Below the pieces are notes generated by a model. The model saw only the letters and a program-made list of their open reading frames with translations, ran no database searches and was not told where the DNA came from. A program made the position numbers and the translations under genes. A stretch of DNA of 64,000 bases from a virus (lineage: Duplodnaviria > Caudoviricetes), in IMG/VR virus record IMGVR_UViG_3300021074_000002, positions 2,083-66,082 of that record; one strand, written 5' to 3'. Shown in pieces: positions 59,814-64,000 of the stretch. Every line of letters starts with the position of its first letter. Position 1 is the stretch's first letter.

Positions 59814-60464
59814 ATGGCAATAATAGTAAAGAAATTGAGGCTTATCTCTTCAGAGAAAACCTCTATGCTGCAAGATCCTTATTGGACGGCAGGTAGTTTC
59901 TTCTTACAGAAGAACTACAAATATGTAGTTTCCATATGGTCAGATGGATCTACAACTAGAGAATTTAATTCTTCTGAAGATATTTATCTGAAAGAAGAAA
60001 CTAAAAAAGCTGTTGAAATGTTAGCAGCAGCTGGATATAATCAATGGCATCATAGAGTCCTTGATACATATCAAGAAAAGGTGTTGGTTAGTAATACCTT
60101 TTCTAACTCTGTTAATTTTACATTGTCTTCAGACAATAAGACTTTGACAATAACTAATAACTATGATAACAAAACTATTGAGGTAAGAGAATATATTCGT
60201 GTATCTCTAGTTGATGGAAATGTTATTTTAGGTGAAACAAGGACTGAAAATATGTCAGTCAAATCTGAGTATCTCAAGGAAACAGAAACTTTAGCAATTA
60301 AAGCTATCGAAGAGAAGTTTCTATATACTTGGAAACAAAGTTGTGGTAAGGAGGAGAGTGATGACCAAAGACGTATGTCCACTGTTTACCATACAGCAAA
60401 GCGTTACAGAGTTAGTGTAATGCTGATGGATGATTCTCTGATCGAATGGGAAGAATCCAGATAA
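59814..60464 (+). CDS. Hypothetical protein
   Basis: 216-aa ORF with AT-rich leader. Confidence 0.65.
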   Translation: MAIIVKKLRLISSEKTSMLQDPYWTAGSFFLQKNYKYVVSIWSDGSTTREFNSSEDIYLKEETKKAVEMLAAAGYNQWHHRVLDTYQEKVLVSNTFSNSVNFTLSSDNKTLTITNNYDNKTIEVREYIRVSLVDGNVILGETRTENMSVKSEYLKETETLAIKAIEEKFLYTWKQSCGKEESDDQRRMSTVYHTAKRYRVSVMLMDDSLIEWEESR

Positions 60465-60532
60465 ATCTACAACACCTAAGTATGTGTAAAACTGCTTAAT
60501 TTTATATTTATTTATCCATTAAAATAAGAATT

Positions 60533-60763
60533 ATGAAGAAGATATTTGTATTGTGTTGGGGAACTATTCATGATGAGAATCCATTTCAAATGGTTCATCA
60601 TAGGTATTATTCTACTCAGAGACTTGCTTTTGAGGCTATGCATCGACTTATATTAGCTGATACAAGAGGAGAATCATTCATTGACATAGATAAAGATCAC
60701 AATCATCTCATTAACATTGTTGAGTATGAGATGGATGATCTTAGCTTTGAAGAGGATGATTAA
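60533..60763 (+). CDS. Hypothetical protein
   Basis: 76-aa ORF with A-rich leader. Confidence 0.6.
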   Translation: MKKIFVLCWGTIHDENPFQMVHHRYYSTQRLAFEAMHRLILADTRGESFIDIDKDHNHLINIVEYEMDDLSFEEDD

Positions 60764-60845
60764 TGTAATAAGGTGCTACAAATGTCATACGATGAGATGA
60801 ACATAGAAATATGTCGTGCTCATTGTGGATGGACAGCCTTATTTT

Positions 60846-61044
60846 ATCTTAATGCATCAAAACTCACTTCCTAAGGGTGAGCAGTTGTAATATTTCCATA
60901 GACTCAGTTGAAACCTGTCGAGGAGTTAGCATCGCTTTGACGATCCCCGAATTAAGTATCGACTAAATACTGTTTAAGATGGTGTGGATAACATATCCTG
61001 AGAATATAAGGATATCAATATTACAATTGAATGCATAAGGAGAT
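60846..61044 (+). ncRNA. Twister ribozyme-like RNA (type P1) with long P5 insert
   Basis: P1 ATCT/AGAT, U-AA, P2 TGCA/TGCA, P4 CTCAC-TTCCTAAGG-GTGAG, P5 CAGTTGTAATATT/AATATTACAATTG, pseudoknot CCT/AGG. Confidence 0.65.
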
Positions 61045-61176
61045 TTAGAAGAATAATCCTGAATTAACAGGATGTGTGAGCCCCTCAATCAAATGAGCAA
61101 TGCTAAACAGTAAAGTGGCATGGAATACGTTCCTATTCTTCTTTTATTTGTAAACCCATTTAAACATTTATTTATT

Positions 61177-61476
61177 ATGAATGCAAAAGAAGAATTTCTG
61201 AGACACACAGAAGGTAAAGCAGTTAAATGTGCCATTATTTATTGTGGAATGGAGTACCATGAACAATTTATTCTCAAAGTTGGTTATCATGGACCAAATC
61301 TTGCTTTCTTTTTGAATAAGCTTGATGGTTATGGTGACAAGAGTCTAATTGGTATAATTTGGTACACTGATGGTACATGGTCTGATCGTGATAGATATGA
61401 TGGATCAGAATGCTGGGAACATAAGTTTTGTCCTGAAATACCTGAAATATTAACTCTATATCCTAAAGAATTATGA
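61177..61476 (+). CDS. Phage hypothetical protein
   Basis: Start re-set to MNAKEEFL; GIIWYTDGTWSDRDRYDGSECW motif. Confidence 0.7.
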   Translation: MNAKEEFLRHTEGKAVKCAIIYCGMEYHEQFILKVGYHGPNLAFFLNKLDGYGDKSLIGIIWYTDGTWSDRDRYDGSECWEHKFCPEIPEILTLYPKEL

Positions 61477-61775
61477 ACAGAAATTTATTTGGCCTATTGG
61501 TCATTGTGTTTTGTATTGCTCTTGTTGTATTAACATCATGTGAGAGCCCTAGTAGTAGAAGGTTAAGAGATGTTACAATAACATCTAAACCAAAGTTACA
61601 AACGCTTTTAGTTATACAAAGCGTAGAGATTAAGGACTATCGTCCTGCAATATCATTATTCAAGGTGAAAATAGTAGATTCACCAGGTGTGTATCTGTAT
61701 CAAGAGTCATTTATGTTTACTAAAGGTGACACTATTGTGCAATTGAGACCATTCTATAATACATTTGTACAATGA
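61473..61775 (+). CDS. Putative lipoprotein
   Basis: Basic N-terminus, hydrophobic stretch, lipobox-like LTS-C. Confidence 0.6.
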   Translation: MNRNLFGLLVIVFCIALVVLTSCESPSSRRLRDVTITSKPKLQTLLVIQSVEIKDYRPAISLFKVKIVDSPGVYLYQESFMFTKGDTIVQLRPFYNTFVQ

Positions 61776-61873
61776 AAAAGAAAATAGTTCAGGAGATCTT
61801 AATGTGGATCTTCATAATAGGATGGTGTGCATTTATTGTAGGAAGTACATTTATGATATTGTTACATAAATAA
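61772..61873 (+). CDS. 33-aa single-pass membrane protein
   Basis: MKKKIVQEILMWIFIIGWCAFIVGSTFMILLHK; ATGA overlap with the previous gene. Confidence 0.5.
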   Translation: MKKKIVQEILMWIFIIGWCAFIVGSTFMILLHK

Positions 61874-62048
61874 AAAACATTGTCGCTTCAATGTATTTTC
61901 TGTTTTCATCTGAGGGTAATAGTAGGCTGTCTTTGAATTGAGCTACTGTAATGTGCTATACACAGTCTCTAAGGATATATAGGCGAATATTCTGATGGAG
62001 ATTGTGTATTTTTTTATATTTAAGCTATATTAATGTAAAAATATATTT

Positions 62049-62495
62049 ATGATACATTATTTAAAAGGGGATGCTACCTGTCCTACAGGATTTGGAAACA
62101 AGCTTATTATACATGTGTGTAATAATCAAGGAGCTTGGGGAGGTGGCTTCACAGGCTCACTCTCACACAAATGGAAACAGCCTGAATATTATTACAGACG
62201 CAAAAGGAGACACATTCTTGGTGATGTGCAATTTATACAAGTCAATGAGGAGAACAGAAATAACATCATTGTGGCCAATATGATTGCCCAAGTGTTGGGT
62301 GATAAGAATGGTGTCAATCTCAGATATATGTCATTGTATAAATGTCTTCTTACTGTTAATGAATATGCAACAAAGCATCAGTGCACAATTCATGCTCCTA
62401 GATTTGGTGCTGGATTAAGTGGAGGCAATTGGACAATAATAGAAGCAAAGATTAAAAGGGCAATTGATGTGCCCATATATATTTATGACCTTTAA
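62049..62495 (+). CDS. Macro domain protein (ADP-ribose binding/hydrolase, TARG1/DarG-like clade)
   Basis: YLKGDAT...IIHVCNNQGAWGGGF...VANMIAQ...IHAPRFGAGLSGGNW. Confidence 0.85.
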   Translation: MIHYLKGDATCPTGFGNKLIIHVCNNQGAWGGGFTGSLSHKWKQPEYYYRRKRRHILGDVQFIQVNEENRNNIIVANMIAQVLGDKNGVNLRYMSLYKCLLTVNEYATKHQCTIHAPRFGAGLSGGNWTIIEAKIKRAIDVPIYIYDL

Positions 62496-62516
62496 TAATT
62501 TAAAACCCAAAAAGAA

Positions 62517-62693
62517 ATGAGAAGGAAATTGTATTCAAGCAAGAAAGTAAGCAGAAGTGGTCTGGTATATACCAGAGAAATGGAGAAAGAAATACAAGAG
62601 CAGCGTCTATCTGCTCAAATATATGTATTTGCTCCTAAAAGGTTACTCCTTTTGATAGAGAAAAATAGACAGCTAGAACTGTCATTCAATTAA
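62517..62693 (+). CDS. 58-aa hypothetical protein ending in QLELSF
   Basis: Manual translation; A-rich leader. Confidence 0.55.
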   Translation: MRRKLYSSKKVSRSGLVYTREMEKEIQEQRLSAQIYVFAPKRLLLLIEKNRQLELSFN

Positions 62694-62761
62694 AAACTTT
62701 TGGGTTTTCTGATAGGAGGGGAGACCCTCCTTGACGAAATCCTTTAAAACCTATTAAACAT

Positions 62762-62899
62762 ATGGAAATTGAAGAAGTAAAAATAGAAAAATTAACAAAG
62801 CTTATTAATGACATGGTGTTTTCTATAACTATGATTACTGCTATTGTAGAGAAGCTGGTAGAGGATGTTGAACAATTAAAAAAAGAGAAGAATGGATAA
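62762..62899 (+). CDS. 45-aa hypothetical coiled-coil protein
   Basis: MEIEEVKIEKLTKLINDMV...; overlaps the next start. Confidence 0.45.
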   Translation: MEIEEVKIEKLTKLINDMVFSITMITAIVEKLVEDVEQLKKEKNG

Positions 62900-63167
62900 T
62901 ATATCATTTGCTAAGAATATGGGGAGCTGGTCACAAGATCAGCTTCCTGTTGGTACTAAACTAATTGTTGTTAATACAGCTCAGCAATCAATAGAGAAGG
63001 ATTTGAGTGATGAGAGATTTCAATTATCTTTGGAAGACGAAATAGATAATGTAGATCTAATTATGACATCAATAGGAGCCCTGTATGCCATTAAAGCTAA
63101 GAAAGAACTATATGATGCCAAGATACATTTATCTATGGTTAAACACCTCTTAAAATCGATAAGATGA
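62892..63167 (+). CDS. Hypothetical protein
   Basis: 91-aa ORF in a packed operon. Confidence 0.55.
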   Translation: MDNISFAKNMGSWSQDQLPVGTKLIVVNTAQQSIEKDLSDERFQLSLEDEIDNVDLIMTSIGALYAIKAKKELYDAKIHLSMVKHLLKSIR

Positions 63168-63274
63168 GTACACAAGAAGACAGAGAGACAGATAGTAGTA
63201 GAATTATATTCTATTGTCTTATAGGACTCATAGGTATGGGAATAATAGCAGCCTTAGTTCAAATCTTTAAATGA
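63164..63274 (+). CDS. 36-aa membrane micro-protein
   Basis: MSTQEDRETDSSRIIFYCLIGLIGMGIIAALVQIFK; ATGA overlap. Confidence 0.5.
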   Translation: MSTQEDRETDSSRIIFYCLIGLIGMGIIAALVQIFK

Positions 63275-63275
63275 T

Positions 63276-63494
63276 ATGTCAAAGTTTGTCTATTTGAATA
63301 AATCTCAATCAGAAGATATGAGATTTAATACCACTGGTCATAAGACCAAATATGTAAATGTCAGGTATGTTCTTGATTGGATAAATACCTCCAGATTAAA
63401 TTTACATCCACTTCCTATAGATAAACAATCTATAGCTCAGAATGAAGTGTATTCAAAGCTAATTACACTCATTACAGAAGAAGAATTGGAATAA
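63276..63494 (+). CDS. Hypothetical protein
   Basis: 72-aa ORF in a packed operon. Confidence 0.55.
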   Translation: MSKFVYLNKSQSEDMRFNTTGHKTKYVNVRYVLDWINTSRLNLHPLPIDKQSIAQNEVYSKLITLITEEELE

Positions 63495-63507
63495 CTAAAT
63501 CCTTACT

Positions 63508-64000
63508 ATGTATAAATTTAATAAGTCTACATTAGAATTTGTAAGAGTTAACTGGTCTGAACATGTGTGGATTTATGTATTGTGTGCTGTTGTAATAATA
63601 GGACTATGGATATTAATCCTATCTTTTGAGAAAAAGATATTCATAGAAGGAGAAGCAAAGTTAATTATAGCTCAGCGTAATGAGTTTAGTGAAGAAAAGT
63701 TAATTAAATTAATTAGCTCTTTGAATTTTCCTTTTCCATATATTGTAATGGCCCAGGCTATACATGAAACACATTCATTTAAGTCTTCAATATTCATTGA
63801 GAATAAAAATTTGTTTGGCATGAAGCAGGCATATGTGAGAATTCATATATCTAAAGGAACAAATAATGAATATGCAATATATGATACTTGGATGGATTCT
63901 GTATATGACAGAGCATTTTACTCAGCCACATATTTGTCCAACATTAAAACAGAGGATGAATATTACAGCTATTTGTCTCAATATTATGCTGAAGATCCTG
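63508..64000 (+). CDS. Membrane-anchored GH73/FlgJ-like peptidoglycan hydrolase (partial)
   Basis: Manual translation: N-terminal TM helix, VMAQAIHET...NKNLFGMK...YDTWMDSV...YAEDP. Confidence 0.8.
   Translation, partial: MYKFNKSTLEFVRVNWSEHVWIYVLCAVVIIGLWILILSFEKKIFIEGEAKLIIAQRNEFSEEKLIKLISSLNFPFPYIVMAQAIHETHSFKSSIFIENKNLFGMKQAYVRIHISKGTNNEYAIYDTWMDSVYDRAFYSATYLSNIKTEDEYYSYLSQYYAEDP

Noticed and set aside
62706-62740. Hammerhead ribozyme (CTGAT...GAAA)
   Set aside because: The core reads CTGATAG rather than CTGANGA, and the stem II/III geometry does not fit.

Overview
AT-rich segment of a crAss-like (Crassvirales-related) phage that probably infects a Bacteroidetes host. It uses the standard genetic code: several well-supported genes end in TAG. 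Positions 1-58075 (minus strand) hold the packaging and virion module: small DNA-binding genes, terminase, portal, scaffold-like protein, major capsid protein, ring/tail proteins and Thr/Ser-repeat fibres, a split muzzle/stabilisation protein and injected cargo proteins. They also hold a 5107-aa virion RNA polymerase (DFDID) fused to a macro-like domain and an SF1B helicase, a 1696-aa PD-(D/E)XK protein and a collagen-like fibre. Four free-standing homing endonuclease genes are interspersed. From about 58.3 kb the plus strand carries small early-type genes (macro domain, lipoprotein, GH73 hydrolase) separated by structured non-coding RNA candidates, including a twister-ribozyme-like element and a tRNA-like element. 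The most notable signals are: (i) cargo proteins that look like a scaffold carrying in-frame cassettes bounded by xxGG motifs, one flanked by an exact 14-bp direct repeat; (ii) a recurring arrangement of TS linker + C-x-I-x-G-x-A-x-E peptide + paralogous N-terminal domain in the next gene; (iii) the RNAP-macro-helicase fusion. All assignments come from reading motifs and synteny by eye; no database searches were run.
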